Positions 50,233 through 60,146 are shown, counted from the stretch's first letter. The stretch: 64,000 bases of DNA from an uncultured Mycoplasma sp. (GCA_946554525.1 CAMNSE010000003.1:28683-92682); one strand, 5' to 3'. The notes: a model not told the origin generated them from the letters alone. Numbers and translations: made by a program.

Positions 50233-51891
50233 ATGAATAAGAAAAGAATATTTATTATAGTAGGAATTATTGCTTTAGTTTTAGTAGGTGGTATATCACT
50301 TACATTTGCATATTTTTCAGTAGCAGATAAACAAACAGAAGCTAACCGTTTTAATAGTGGGTGTCTTTCTATTTCCCTAGAAAATGATAGTGATGCGATA
50401 GGACTAACTAATACTTATCCTATAACAGATATAGAAGGATTAGAGACAAAGCCGTATACTTTTACGATTACTAATAATTGTTCTACTAGTACGAGTTATC
50501 AAGTGAATTTAGAAAGCTTAAACCAAGCATCTAATACTTTAGCAGCTAATTATATAAAAGTTTCGTTATCACATGATACGATGGGAAATAAAATATCATT
50601 ATTAAGTAACTTAGATATAGCATCAAAAAGTATAACAGGATCTTATCAATCTAATAAATTATATACAGGAGTAATAAATGGTAATTCTTCAAAAACATTT
50701 AATTTAAGATTATGGGTAGATCATTCTACAACTATAGAACAAGCGAATAAAACATATTCATCAAAAATAAATGTTGTAGCTAATCCTGATATAGTAGTAG
50801 ATACTACACCTGATGTTACATTTACGAGTAGTGGTACAACACTAACAGGTACAACTACAGCAACAAATGTTAAATATTGTGTATCTGATGATAATATATG
50901 CACACCATCAACCTCAGTTACAGTATCAAATAACCGATTTAATATTACATTACCAGAAAAAACAACTAAACAATTAGTTTGTGCAACATTAAATAATACT
51001 AAAACGGTTTGTAGTGATGGCATAAAAACTAAGAAAACAGCAGTAGAAACATTAATTGCTAAAAATGAAATGGTACATGAAACATTTACAAATGATAGTG
51101 GAACATTAGTAGATACTGGATATAGATATGAAGGAAAAACCCAAAATAATTATGTTAGATTTAATAATGAGTTATGGAGAATAATTGGAGTATTTGATGT
51201 AGAAACAACACTAGGGAAAACAGAATCATTAATAAAACTTGTAAGAAATGAAGGTATAGGTTATATCAAATGGGATACTTTAGGCTCAAATGATTGGACA
51301 GATTCCGATATAAAAATGATATTAAATGGTCAATATTATAATGGAGAAGACATAAACTATACATATAGAAAAAGCAGTGATGGAATTGTATCGATAGCTG
51401 GAAAAAGCATAAATGATATAGCAAGAGAAATGATAGAAAGTGTAAAATGGAATATAGGAGGAGTTTCAGCACAAGAACAAATAGCATCAAAATATTATAT
51501 AGAAGAAAGAGGGACAATAGGAGGAAAGTCTAACCCAAGCGTAATAACATGGAATGGACATATAGGATTAATGTATGCAAGTGACTATGGATATGCAGCA
51601 GATAGTACTAACTGTGCAAGAACAACAACCTTAAATAAATATGGTGATACAAGCTCATGCAAAACGAATAACTGGTTATCTAATGGTTACTCACAATTGA
51701 CATTAACGTCTAATTCCTCTGACCTTTATTTCACTTTTTATGTATACTCGAATGGTAGCATTTACAGGTCTGGCAATGTGACTAGCAGTTACGGTGTGCG
51801 CCCAGCTTTATATCTAAAGTCTAATGTATCAATTATTAATAATGGCAAAGATGGTTCATTCGCAAACCCATATGATTTAGAGTTAGGTTAA
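50233..51891 (+). CDS. Secreted protein with SipW-type (AYF) signal peptide and C-terminal DUF1566/DUF6273-like domain; paralogue of 12306..13538
   Basis: N-terminus KKRIFIIVGIIALVLVGGISLTFAYFSVADKQ (TasA/camelysin-like signal). C-terminal half aligns to the 12306 CDS. AGGAG RBS before ATG 50233. Confidence 0.75.
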   Translation: MNKKRIFIIVGIIALVLVGGISLTFAYFSVADKQTEANRFNSGCLSISLENDSDAIGLTNTYPITDIEGLETKPYTFTITNNCSTSTSYQVNLESLNQASNTLAANYIKVSLSHDTMGNKISLLSNLDIASKSITGSYQSNKLYTGVINGNSSKTFNLRLWVDHSTTIEQANKTYSSKINVVANPDIVVDTTPDVTFTSSGTTLTGTTTATNVKYCVSDDNICTPSTSVTVSNNRFNITLPEKTTKQLVCATLNNTKTVCSDGIKTKKTAVETLIAKNEMVHETFTNDSGTLVDTGYRYEGKTQNNYVRFNNELWRIIGVFDVETTLGKTESLIKLVRNEGIGYIKWDTLGSNDWTDSDIKMILNGQYYNGEDINYTYRKSSDGIVSIAGKSINDIAREMIESVKWNIGGVSAQEQIASKYYIEERGTIGGKSNPSVITWNGHIGLMYASDYGYAADSTNCARTTTLNKYGDTSSCKTNNWLSNGYSQLTLTSNSSDLYFTFYVYSNGSIYRSGNVTSSYGVRPALYLKSNVSIINNGKDGSFANPYDLELG

Positions 51892-51973
51892 GAGTAAGAA
51901 ATATCTTATTCTTTTTTCTTTGGTTCGACATAATTAGTATATAGTTTAAGATATAATTATATTGGTGGAAATA

Positions 51974-52882
51974 ATGGGAAGATTTATTACAAAGAAGAAA
52001 ATAAAAGTATATAAGTATCAAATATATATCGGGGTAGTTTTGATATTTATATTGTTTATTATATTAATTAATATAATTATGAATTTTATATTAAATAAAA
52101 ATTTTATGAATATTTTAGTATCTAATTCTTTTGGGAATACAATTAGTGATTATAAAATGCTTAGTAATAAAAAAGATTTATTTTATCGAAATATTTATGG
52201 TTTTAAAATAAATGATTCTAGTCCTGTTTTTAAACCTAATATTAGTAATATTGTAGATAGTGAACCACTTATTTATTTATATAATACATATCAAACTGAT
52301 AAATATAAAAAAGATTATTATAATAGTTATAGCATTAATCCTTATGTTACTAATGCAAGTTTTATATTACAAGAATATTTAAAGATAAATGGAATAAATG
52401 CTATAGTAGAGGATAAAAGTGTTGCTAAAACACTAAAAGAAAATAATATAAGTTATAGTAATTCTTATAAAGGGAGTAGAATATTATTAGAAGAGTCTTT
52501 TAAAGAATACCCAAGCTTAAATTATTTTTTTGATATAGGAATATTTAATAATGGTAGTAATAATACGACTGTTAAAATAAATAATGAAGAGTATGCGACT
52601 ATTTTATTTGTAGTAGGGTGTCTTAATTCTAATTATGAAGAAAATAAAAGATTAGCTACTAGCCTAAATGATAGATTAAATAGTTATCAAGGTTTAAGTT
52701 TAGGGGTATCTCTTAGATGTGGAGATGGATATCATGGAGTATACAATGAAGACTTTCATAATAATACGCTTTTAATTCATGTTGGATCTTCATCTAATAC
52801 TATAGATGAGGTTGATCGAACACTTAGAGTGCTTGCTCGTATAATAAAGGAGGAAATAGATGGAAAAGAAGAAAAAAGCTAA
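51974..52882 (+). CDS. spoIIP: Stage II sporulation protein P
   Basis: N-terminal TM. EPLIYLYNTYQTDKY block (compare I.IYHTH..E.Y) and a C-terminal amidase-like region. Synteny with gpr. Confidence 0.7.
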   Translation: MGRFITKKKIKVYKYQIYIGVVLIFILFIILINIIMNFILNKNFMNILVSNSFGNTISDYKMLSNKKDLFYRNIYGFKINDSSPVFKPNISNIVDSEPLIYLYNTYQTDKYKKDYYNSYSINPYVTNASFILQEYLKINGINAIVEDKSVAKTLKENNISYSNSYKGSRILLEESFKEYPSLNYFFDIGIFNNGSNNTTVKINNEEYATILFVVGCLNSNYEENKRLATSLNDRLNSYQGLSLGVSLRCGDGYHGVYNEDFHNNTLLIHVGSSSNTIDEVDRTLRVLARIIKEEIDGKEEKS

Positions 52883-53189
52883 TTGGTTTTTAAGAATATT
52901 ATTTTGTTTTGCTATTATGTATGTTGCCATTTTAATAGCGTTTGAGTCAGGCTATTATGAAAATAAAATGAGTAATAAAGCAACCCTTACTAAAGAAGCA
53001 ATGGAGCAATTTGAAGCGGATGTTGCAAATGGTGAAGTAGTGGATATTAAAGAATATTTAAATCATGAAAAAGAAGATTATTCTAATAGTGTTACTAAAA
53101 TAGGTAATAAATTATCAAATGGATTAAGTGATGTTATGACAAAAGGAATATCAGGCGTTTTTAATGTTTTAAAAGGATTATTTTGGTAA
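52860..53189 (+). CDS. Small membrane protein (occupies the position of yqxA after spoIIP)
   Basis: 109 aa with one TM. Overlaps the spoIIP 3' end. Confidence 0.5.
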   Translation: MEKKKKANWFLRILFCFAIMYVAILIAFESGYYENKMSNKATLTKEAMEQFEADVANGEVVDIKEYLNHEKEDYSNSVTKIGNKLSNGLSDVMTKGISGVFNVLKGLFW

Positions 53190-53239
53190 GTTGACAATAA
53201 TTTTAAAAGGGGATAAAATATTTGTTGGGTGAAGATTAT

Positions 53240-54166
53240 ATGCCTGAGAAACTATTTAATAAAATTATAAAAGAGATATGTAGTGAAGAAGGAATTACTT
53301 ATGAGCTATTATCTTTTAATTGGATTATAAAACTCGAAAAGGATAATAAAGTAAGATATATTACTGGGAAAAAATTTGATATTAATGGCGAAGCTAGTGG
53401 GCATATTGCTAGTGATAAATATGCAACATTCGAAGTGTTAAAATCTTTTGGGATACCAGTAATAGAACATAAGATGATTTTTAATCCTAAAACAAGAGAA
53501 AATTGGGTTCAAGAAAATATAGATGATGTAATAGAAAATACTAGTGAGAAACAGGTAGTTATTAAGCCGAACAATGGAAGTGAAGGATATAGAGTTTTAG
53601 TAGTTAGTGATAAAAATACTTTAAAAAAAGAAATTGAAAATTTATTTCAAAGAGAAGATTCTATAAGCATATGTCCATTTTATTCTATATTAAGGGAATA
53701 CCGGGCGTATTATTTAAATGAAAATATTGTATTAATATATGAAAAAGAAAAGCCATATGTTATAGGAGATGGATTTTCTTCCCTAAAAGAATTAATAGAA
53801 AAAAGAGGAGTTCCAAATAAGAAAATAGTAAATGAAAATCTAAAATTATTAGATTTAGAAATGATACCTAAGAAAGAGGAATTTGTAGAATTATCTTGGA
53901 AATTTAATTTAAGTGGTGGTGCAACCAGTAAAATTCTAGATAAAGGAAACCTTTATAAAAAAATAGAAAATTTAGCCCTAAAAGTTGGACATGCTTTAAA
54001 TATGAAGTTTGCAACGATCGATATTATCGAAACTGGGGATCATGAGCTTTGGGTATTAGAAGTTAATAGTGGAATTTCTTGTGATGAATTTTTAAAACAA
54101 AATAAAAATGCTTATCAAGTAATTAAAAAAATGTATAAAGATGCGATTAATGAAATGTTTCATTAA
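53240..54166 (+). CDS. ATP-grasp family ligase (RimK/D-Asp-ligase-like)
   Basis: VVIKPNNGSEGYRV, ...YRAYYLN..., ...EVNSG... typical ATP-grasp blocks. Confidence 0.6.
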   Translation: MPEKLFNKIIKEICSEEGITYELLSFNWIIKLEKDNKVRYITGKKFDINGEASGHIASDKYATFEVLKSFGIPVIEHKMIFNPKTRENWVQENIDDVIENTSEKQVVIKPNNGSEGYRVLVVSDKNTLKKEIENLFQREDSISICPFYSILREYRAYYLNENIVLIYEKEKPYVIGDGFSSLKELIEKRGVPNKKIVNENLKLLDLEMIPKKEEFVELSWKFNLSGGATSKILDKGNLYKKIENLALKVGHALNMKFATIDIIETGDHELWVLEVNSGISCDEFLKQNKNAYQVIKKMYKDAINEMFH

Positions 54167-54185
54167 TCGCATCTTTTGTTTTATT
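54143..54185 (+). terminator. Rho-independent terminator overlapping the CDS end
   Basis: GCGATTAATGAAA-TGT-TTCATTAATCGC followed by a T-rich tract. Confidence 0.6.
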
Positions 54186-54380
54186 ATGTCTTGAAATTGC
54201 AAATTTCTGACCAAAAATAAAATAAAAAAAGGAAATAAGGGTTATGGTGGTAATATATATTAGTGAAGGTGATATTTTAATTTAGAATTGATGAATATAA
54301 AAATTGCTAGACAATGTCTAGCAAATTGAATTAAAGTCATTAAAAATTAGAAATTCAATGATAGAAAAATGGTGAAATAA

Positions 54381-55283
54381 ATGAATAAATTAGAAACAAC
54401 AGAAAATGAGAGTATTGAAAATTTGATTTATGAAATAAGAGGGAAACAGGTAATGCTTGATAGTGATTTAGCTAGACTATATAAATGTGCTAATGGTACA
54501 AAAACAATAAATTTAGCAGTTAAAAGACACATTAATAGATTTCCAGAAAGGTTTATGTTTCGACTAACTAAAGAAGAATATTATGATATTCTAAGGTTTC
54601 AATTTGAAACCTTAGAATTAGAACAAGGAAAATACTCAAAGTATTTACCATATGTATTTACTGAACAAGGTACCGCCATGCTTGCAACAATTCTTAGAAC
54701 CGAAGTTGCAGAAGAAATAAGTATAAGAATAATGGATGCTTTTGTTGTTATGAGACATTACATTAGTGAAAATTTATTAGAACAAAGATACATTAACAGG
54801 CAGGTAATGAAAAATACAGAAGATATAAGATTATTACAAGCATCTTTTCATAAATTTGAAGAGAAAAAGAAAGTTAATGAAATATATTTCAATGGACAAA
54901 TATATGATGCATACTTTAAAATCCAAGAAATTTTTCATGAAGCTAAAAAACAAATTGTAATAGTTGACAGCTATGCAGATAATACGTTATTAGATATTAT
55001 TAAAAGATTAAAAATAAATGTAATTATTATAACTAAAAAAGATAGCTTATTAATAAATCAAGATATATTAAAATATAATAAACAGTATCATAACTTAGAA
55101 GTTATTTATAATAATACATTTCATGATAGATATTTTATATTAGATAATGATATTATTTACCACTGTGGAGCAAGTGTAAATAGAATCGGATATAAAACAT
55201 TTTCTATTAATTTAATCAGTGATAAAACTGTATGCGAAATGTTAAAAGCTAAAATAAATGAAATAATTAAAGCGTGTTATTAA
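54381..55283 (+). CDS. ORF6N (KilA-N-related) DNA-binding domain protein with uncharacterised C-terminal domain
   Basis: IYEIRGKQVMLDSDLARLY......IN.AVKRH..RFPERFMF.LT..E, ...PYVFTEQGTAMLATILR.... Confidence 0.7.
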   Translation: MNKLETTENESIENLIYEIRGKQVMLDSDLARLYKCANGTKTINLAVKRHINRFPERFMFRLTKEEYYDILRFQFETLELEQGKYSKYLPYVFTEQGTAMLATILRTEVAEEISIRIMDAFVVMRHYISENLLEQRYINRQVMKNTEDIRLLQASFHKFEEKKKVNEIYFNGQIYDAYFKIQEIFHEAKKQIVIVDSYADNTLLDIIKRLKINVIIITKKDSLLINQDILKYNKQYHNLEVIYNNTFHDRYFILDNDIIYHCGASVNRIGYKTFSINLISDKTVCEMLKAKINEIIKACY

Positions 55284-55474
55284 AAAAATTACCAACTGAA
55301 GAAGATTTAAATTTTCACATTGATATAAAATAATAAAATTTGAATTCAGAATTAACTGGATTCTTTTTTTGACATAATTTTTATAACTTATTATGTATAA
55401 TAAAGTTAACTAAGTAAAAAAAGATAGTTTTTTTTGTTATTTCTTAGTATAATTATAGTGAGGTGGAATCTTTT

Positions 55475-56554
55475 ATGAAAATAGTTGTTAGTGCTGGAGG
55501 AACAGGTGGACATATTTATCCTGCTTTAGCTGTAATAGAAAAACTAAAAAAAGAAGATAAAAATCTTGAAGTATTATATATTGGTACTAAAAATAGAATG
55601 GAAAGTGAAATTATTCCAGATAGAGGAATTGAATATGTAGGAATTGATATATATGGACTTTCTAAAAATATATTTAAAGATATTAAAAATGTATTTTTAA
55701 TTCATAAGAGTTATAAGGAATGTGAAAGAATAATTAAGAAATTTAATCCTGATATTGTTTTAGGCTTTGGTGGATATGTTACTTATCCTGTATTAAAAGC
55801 TGCAAAAAAATTAAATATTAAAACTTTTTTACATGAACAAAATAGTATTGTTGGAAAAACAAATAAAGTCCTTGGAAAGAATGCAGATTTAGTAGCTGTA
55901 TCATTTTTAAGCACAATGGAGTCTTTTTCTTCTGCTAAAAAAGTTATATATTCAGGAAATCCTTGTGGAGAAAACGCTCTTACTACAAAAATAATTAAAA
56001 AAAGTGATGTAGGACTTATTGATAATAAAAAATTAGTTATTGTTGTAGCGGGTTCTTTAGGAAGTAGTACAATGAATGAGAAACTAAAAGAATTTTTACG
56101 TTTATCAAGAAAAAGTAATTATCAAGTATTATATGTTACGGGTAAAAAATATTATGAAGAATTTATGAAAGGAACGCGTTTTAGCAGCAATATAAAAGTA
56201 GTGCCTTATTTAGATAATTTAGCAGGATTGATGCGAAGTAGTGATTTAATTGTTACACGTGCTGGAGCGTCTACTATGAGTGAAATTCTAGCTTTAAGTC
56301 TGCCTGCTATATTTATTCCAAGTCCATATGTTGCAGGTAATCATCAATATTATAATGCTTTAGAAATAGTTAAAAATAATGCTGGTTTAATGATTGAAGA
56401 AAATGATCTTAATGGAAGTCTTTTATTTGAAACTGTTACTAATTTATTAGAAGATAAAAAAGCATATGAAATTATGAAAATGAACTTAAAAAATTTAGGA
56501 AAAACTGACAGTAGTGAAGTAATTGTTAGTGAAATAAAGGAGTTAGTTAAATGA
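55475..56554 (+). CDS. murG: UDP-N-acetylglucosamine--N-acetylmuramyl-(pentapeptide) pyrophosphoryl-undecaprenol GlcNAc transferase
   Basis: MKIVVSAGGTGGHIYPALAV, ...HEQN.., ...RAGASTMSEI... Start at ATG 55475 after GAGGTGG. Confidence 0.93.
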   Translation: MKIVVSAGGTGGHIYPALAVIEKLKKEDKNLEVLYIGTKNRMESEIIPDRGIEYVGIDIYGLSKNIFKDIKNVFLIHKSYKECERIIKKFNPDIVLGFGGYVTYPVLKAAKKLNIKTFLHEQNSIVGKTNKVLGKNADLVAVSFLSTMESFSSAKKVIYSGNPCGENALTTKIIKKSDVGLIDNKKLVIVVAGSLGSSTMNEKLKEFLRLSRKSNYQVLYVTGKKYYEEFMKGTRFSSNIKVVPYLDNLAGLMRSSDLIVTRAGASTMSEILALSLPAIFIPSPYVAGNHQYYNALEIVKNNAGLMIEENDLNGSLLFETVTNLLEDKKAYEIMKMNLKNLGKTDSSEVIVSEIKELVK

Positions 56555-57426
56555 AAATAGAAAACATTATTGTTCGCTCTGATGCATCTTTAAAACCATA
56601 TAATACATATCGTATTAATGGCAAAAGTAAGTATTTTATTGAAGCAAAAAATATAGATGAACTTATAAAAGTATTAAAGCATTTAAAAAATGAACATATA
56701 TCTTATTTTATTATTGGAAATGGTTCAAATATTGTTATTGATGATTATTTTGATGGGGCCATCATTAAGTTAACAGGCCTAAATGAAATAAAAGTCCATG
56801 ATAATAAAGTTGTGTGTGGTGCTGGAGCAATGATGGCAAGTCTTGCTACATCTTCAATTAATGCAAATTTAGAAGGACTAGAATGGGCAATTAATATTCC
56901 AGGAACTGTCGGTGGAAGTATAGTTGGAAATGCAGGTGCTTATAATTCTTGTATGTTTGATAATTTAATAAGTATTAAAATATTAGATGAAAATTTAGAA
57001 ATTAAAGAAGTTATGGCTGATAGTATTTCACATGAGTATCGTAATACTTCTTTAAAGCAACAGGATGTGATTGTTTTAGAAGGTACTTTTAAGTTAACGC
57101 CGGGCAGTAGGGAAGAACTACTTAAAGTTGTTGAAGATAGAAGAGAGCGAAGAATGGCAAGCCAGCCTTTAGAACTTCCTAGTGCTGGTAGTGTATTTCG
57201 CAATCCAGAAGGAGACTATGCAGGTAGATTAATTGAAGATGTGGGCTTAAAAGGTAAAACAGTAGGGGGAGCTAGTGTTAGTGAAAAACATGCTAACTTT
57301 ATTGTAAATAATGGTGGAGCTACTAGCGAGGACATTAGAAATCTGATAAAATTAGTACATGATGCTGTTTTAGAAAAACATGGTATAGATTTAGTATTAG
57401 AGCAAGAGATTATTGATTGGAAGTAG
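56551..57426 (+). CDS. murB: UDP-N-acetylenolpyruvoylglucosamine reductase
   Basis: FAD-binding GNGSNIV, PGTVGG, SAGSVFRNP, SEKHANFIVN. Confidence 0.93.
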   Translation: MKIENIIVRSDASLKPYNTYRINGKSKYFIEAKNIDELIKVLKHLKNEHISYFIIGNGSNIVIDDYFDGAIIKLTGLNEIKVHDNKVVCGAGAMMASLATSSINANLEGLEWAINIPGTVGGSIVGNAGAYNSCMFDNLISIKILDENLEIKEVMADSISHEYRNTSLKQQDVIVLEGTFKLTPGSREELLKVVEDRRERRMASQPLELPSAGSVFRNPEGDYAGRLIEDVGLKGKTVGGASVSEKHANFIVNNGGATSEDIRNLIKLVHDAVLEKHGIDLVLEQEIIDWK

Positions 57427-57429
57427 AAT

Positions 57430-58164
57430 ATGAGCGAGGTAAAAAAAGTAAAGAAAAAACATTTGAATTTAAAAGGAGTTATTTTAGTTCTATTAATTGT
57501 TTATTTAATAGGAATGTTTTTATATACTATTTTTACCATGTCTATTAAAAATATTTATATTAAAGGAACTAAGTTACTAAGTGATAATGAAATTATTGAG
57601 GTTGCAGGAATTAAGAAGTATCCATCAATATTTAAAATAAGCAAAAAAAGTTTATCTAAGAAAATAAAAACTTTAGAGCTAGTAAAAAATGTATCTATTA
57701 CTAAAAAGTTAAATGGTAAACTTATTATTGAAATAGAAGAAGCCTATCCTTTATTTTATAATCGTAATAATGATCGGGTTGTTTTATCAAATGGAGCTGA
57801 AGTCGAAAATAAAACTGAATATATAGGAATACCTTCACTTGTGAACTACACACCTAGTGATATTTTGAAAAGATTCATTAATTCATTTAGTAATATTGAT
57901 ACAGATATTATCGCTATGATTAATGAGATTGTATATGATCCTGATATATCGGAGGATATTACGATTGATAAAGAACGCTTTTTACTTCGAATGAATGATG
58001 GAAATTTAGCTTATGTCAATATTCTTAATATGAAAAGATTAAATGATTATAGTACGATATTTGCTGCGATTAATGAAAAAGGCACTGTTTATTTAGATAG
58101 TTATTCTGAAGGTAATGGAAATATATTATTTACAGCTTTTTCTGATAATAAGAAGGACAATTAA
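57430..58164 (+). CDS. ftsQ: Cell division protein FtsQ/DivIB
   Basis: N-terminal TM followed by a POTRA-like I.NIYI.G...LS..EI. Position after murB. Confidence 0.75.
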   Translation: MSEVKKVKKKHLNLKGVILVLLIVYLIGMFLYTIFTMSIKNIYIKGTKLLSDNEIIEVAGIKKYPSIFKISKKSLSKKIKTLELVKNVSITKKLNGKLIIEIEEAYPLFYNRNNDRVVLSNGAEVENKTEYIGIPSLVNYTPSDILKRFINSFSNIDTDIIAMINEIVYDPDISEDITIDKERFLLRMNDGNLAYVNILNMKRLNDYSTIFAAINEKGTVYLDSYSEGNGNILFTAFSDNKKDN

Positions 58165-58165
58165 A

Positions 58166-58777
58166 ATGGAAGAAAAAATTAATTATCAAAAAAAACTATT
58201 AGAATTAATAGAAACTTTAGACTATAAACCCACTTTATTATTACATAGTTGCTGTGGACCTTGCTCTACGCAAGTAATTGATTTTTTAAAAGATTATTTT
58301 GAAATTACTATTTATTATTATAATCCTAATATTGAACCTATAGAAGAATATATCCATAGGAAAGAAGAGCAAATCCGTTTTATTAAAGAATATAAGGATG
58401 CCAAAATTTCTTTTTTAGATTGTGATTACGCTAATCATGATTTTGAAGATAATATAAAAGGATTAGAAAATGAAAAAGAGGGCGGAGCTAGATGTCATAA
58501 GTGCTATTATATTCGAATGAAGAAATGTGCTTTAGTTGCAAGTGAAAAAAAATATGAATATTTTGGAACTACTCTAACTGTTAGTCCTTATAAAAATAGT
58601 CAAATAATAAATAGAATTGGTCTTGAAATACAAAAAGAATGTAATATTAAGTATTTAGTAGGGGATTTTAAAAAAAATGATGGATACAAAAAAAGCATTT
58701 TGTTTAGTAAAGAGTATAATTTATATCGCCAAGATTATTGTGGATGCTTGTATGCAAAAGAATATAGTCATGAATAA
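58166..58777 (+). CDS. queH: Epoxyqueuosine reductase QueH (DUF208)
   Basis: LLLHSCCGPCS, YYYNPNI.P..EY..R, ...DYCGC... Start at internal ATG 58166. Confidence 0.8.
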   Translation: MEEKINYQKKLLELIETLDYKPTLLLHSCCGPCSTQVIDFLKDYFEITIYYYNPNIEPIEEYIHRKEEQIRFIKEYKDAKISFLDCDYANHDFEDNIKGLENEKEGGARCHKCYYIRMKKCALVASEKKYEYFGTTLTVSPYKNSQIINRIGLEIQKECNIKYLVGDFKKNDGYKKSILFSKEYNLYRQDYCGCLYAKEYSHE

Positions 58778-58801
58778 AAAAGGAGGAAAATATCCTCTTT
58801 T

Positions 58802-60007
58802 TTAAACTTCTAGTTCTTCATCACTAGAAACATCAATTGTTTTTAATATTTCTTCCATACTAGTTAGACCTTCGACTACTTTTTCAAGTCCATCTTCAAA
58901 CATTGTAGTCATATCTGATTTTGATTTATAAACTAAATCTTTTAATTCATGCCTAGATACATTAGTTGTAATTGCTTCTCTAATACTTTCATTAATTGAT
59001 AATACTTCATGAATTGCAATTCTACCTTTAAATCCATGATTACAATATTTACATCCAACAGGGGAATAAATCTCATTTACCATAATTCCTAAATGCTTTT
59101 TTAATAATTTTTTTTCATAAGGCGTTGTTGGCCTAGCTTCTCTACATTTTGTACATAATTTTTTTACTAATTTTTGAGAAATAATTCCTGTTAGGGCACT
59201 ACCAAGTAAGTAACGTTCAACTTCCATATCAATTAAACGCTCAATAGTTGTTAAAGAGTTATTAGTATGAACTGTAGATAATACTAAATGTCCTGTAATA
59301 CTAGCACGTACGGCAATACGGGCAGTTTCATTGTCACGAATTTCACCAACCATTATAATATCTGGGTCTTGTCTTAAAATACTTCTTAAGGTATGTGAGA
59401 AAGTTAGCCCTATATCGCTTAATACTTGAACTTGATTAATATTTTCTATTTTCATTTCTACAGGGTCTTCTACAGTAATAATATTTCTTTCTTTAGTATT
59501 TAACTTTTGTAACATGGCATAAACTGTTGTAGATTTACCGGTTCCTGTAGCACCTGTAACTAATATTAAACCATTTGGATTAGACATCATTTTGTCTATT
59601 TTTTTAAGATTATTATTTGAGAATCCTAGGCTTTCTAAGCCCTTTAGACTCATAGAATAATCAAGTATACGAATTACAATTTTTTCACCATCTACAACTG
59701 GTAGGGAAGAAACACGTAAATCTAGGGTCATATTGCTAATGGCATTTTTAATAGCTCCATCTTGAGGAAGCCTATTTTCGGTGATGTTCATACCACTAAT
59801 TATTTTAATTCTAGTAGTAACATTTTTTTTAAGAGCATTAGGAATTTCTGTGTAATCTCTAAGCTCGCCATCAATTCTAATTCTTACCAGTAAAGCATCA
59901 GGCGTAGGATCAAAATGAATATCACTAGCTTTTTTATTTATGGCATCAACGATTATTTCATTAATAATATCTACAATAGAGACTGATTCATAGTTAAAAG
60001 TTTTCAT
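58802..60007 (-). CDS. GspE/PilB/ComGA-family type IV filament assembly ATPase (orphan)
   Basis: ASDIHFDP, Walker A GATGTGKSTT, ITVEDPVE, RQDPDIIMVGEIRD, GHLVLSTVHTN, tetracysteine C..C...C..C. Start at ATG 60007 after GGTGG. Confidence 0.85.
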   Translation of the reverse strand: MKTFNYESVSIVDIINEIIVDAINKKASDIHFDPTPDALLVRIRIDGELRDYTEIPNALKKNVTTRIKIISGMNITENRLPQDGAIKNAISNMTLDLRVSSLPVVDGEKIVIRILDYSMSLKGLESLGFSNNNLKKIDKMMSNPNGLILVTGATGTGKSTTVYAMLQKLNTKERNIITVEDPVEMKIENINQVQVLSDIGLTFSHTLRSILRQDPDIIMVGEIRDNETARIAVRASITGHLVLSTVHTNNSLTTIERLIDMEVERYLLGSALTGIISQKLVKKLCTKCREARPTTPYEKKLLKKHLGIMVNEIYSPVGCKYCNHGFKGRIAIHEVLSINESIREAITTNVSRHELKDLVYKSKSDMTTMFEDGLEKVVEGLTSMEEILKTIDVSSDEELEV

Positions 60008-60093
60008 ATAACCACCTATTCTAAAAACATTATACACTAATAGTAGATTTTAAACAAGAACAAAGTTTTTTTAATATCTAATATATAAAAAAA

Positions 60094-60122
60094 TTGACTT
60101 CGGATAGGGGGTATGCTATTAT
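60094..60122 (+). promoter_or_regulatory. Putative sigma-A promoter of the 625-aa surface protein gene
   Basis: TTGACT, 17 nt spacer, TGC-TATTAT (extended -10). Confidence 0.5.
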
Positions 60123-60146
60123 AAATATATAAGATAGGAGACTAGT

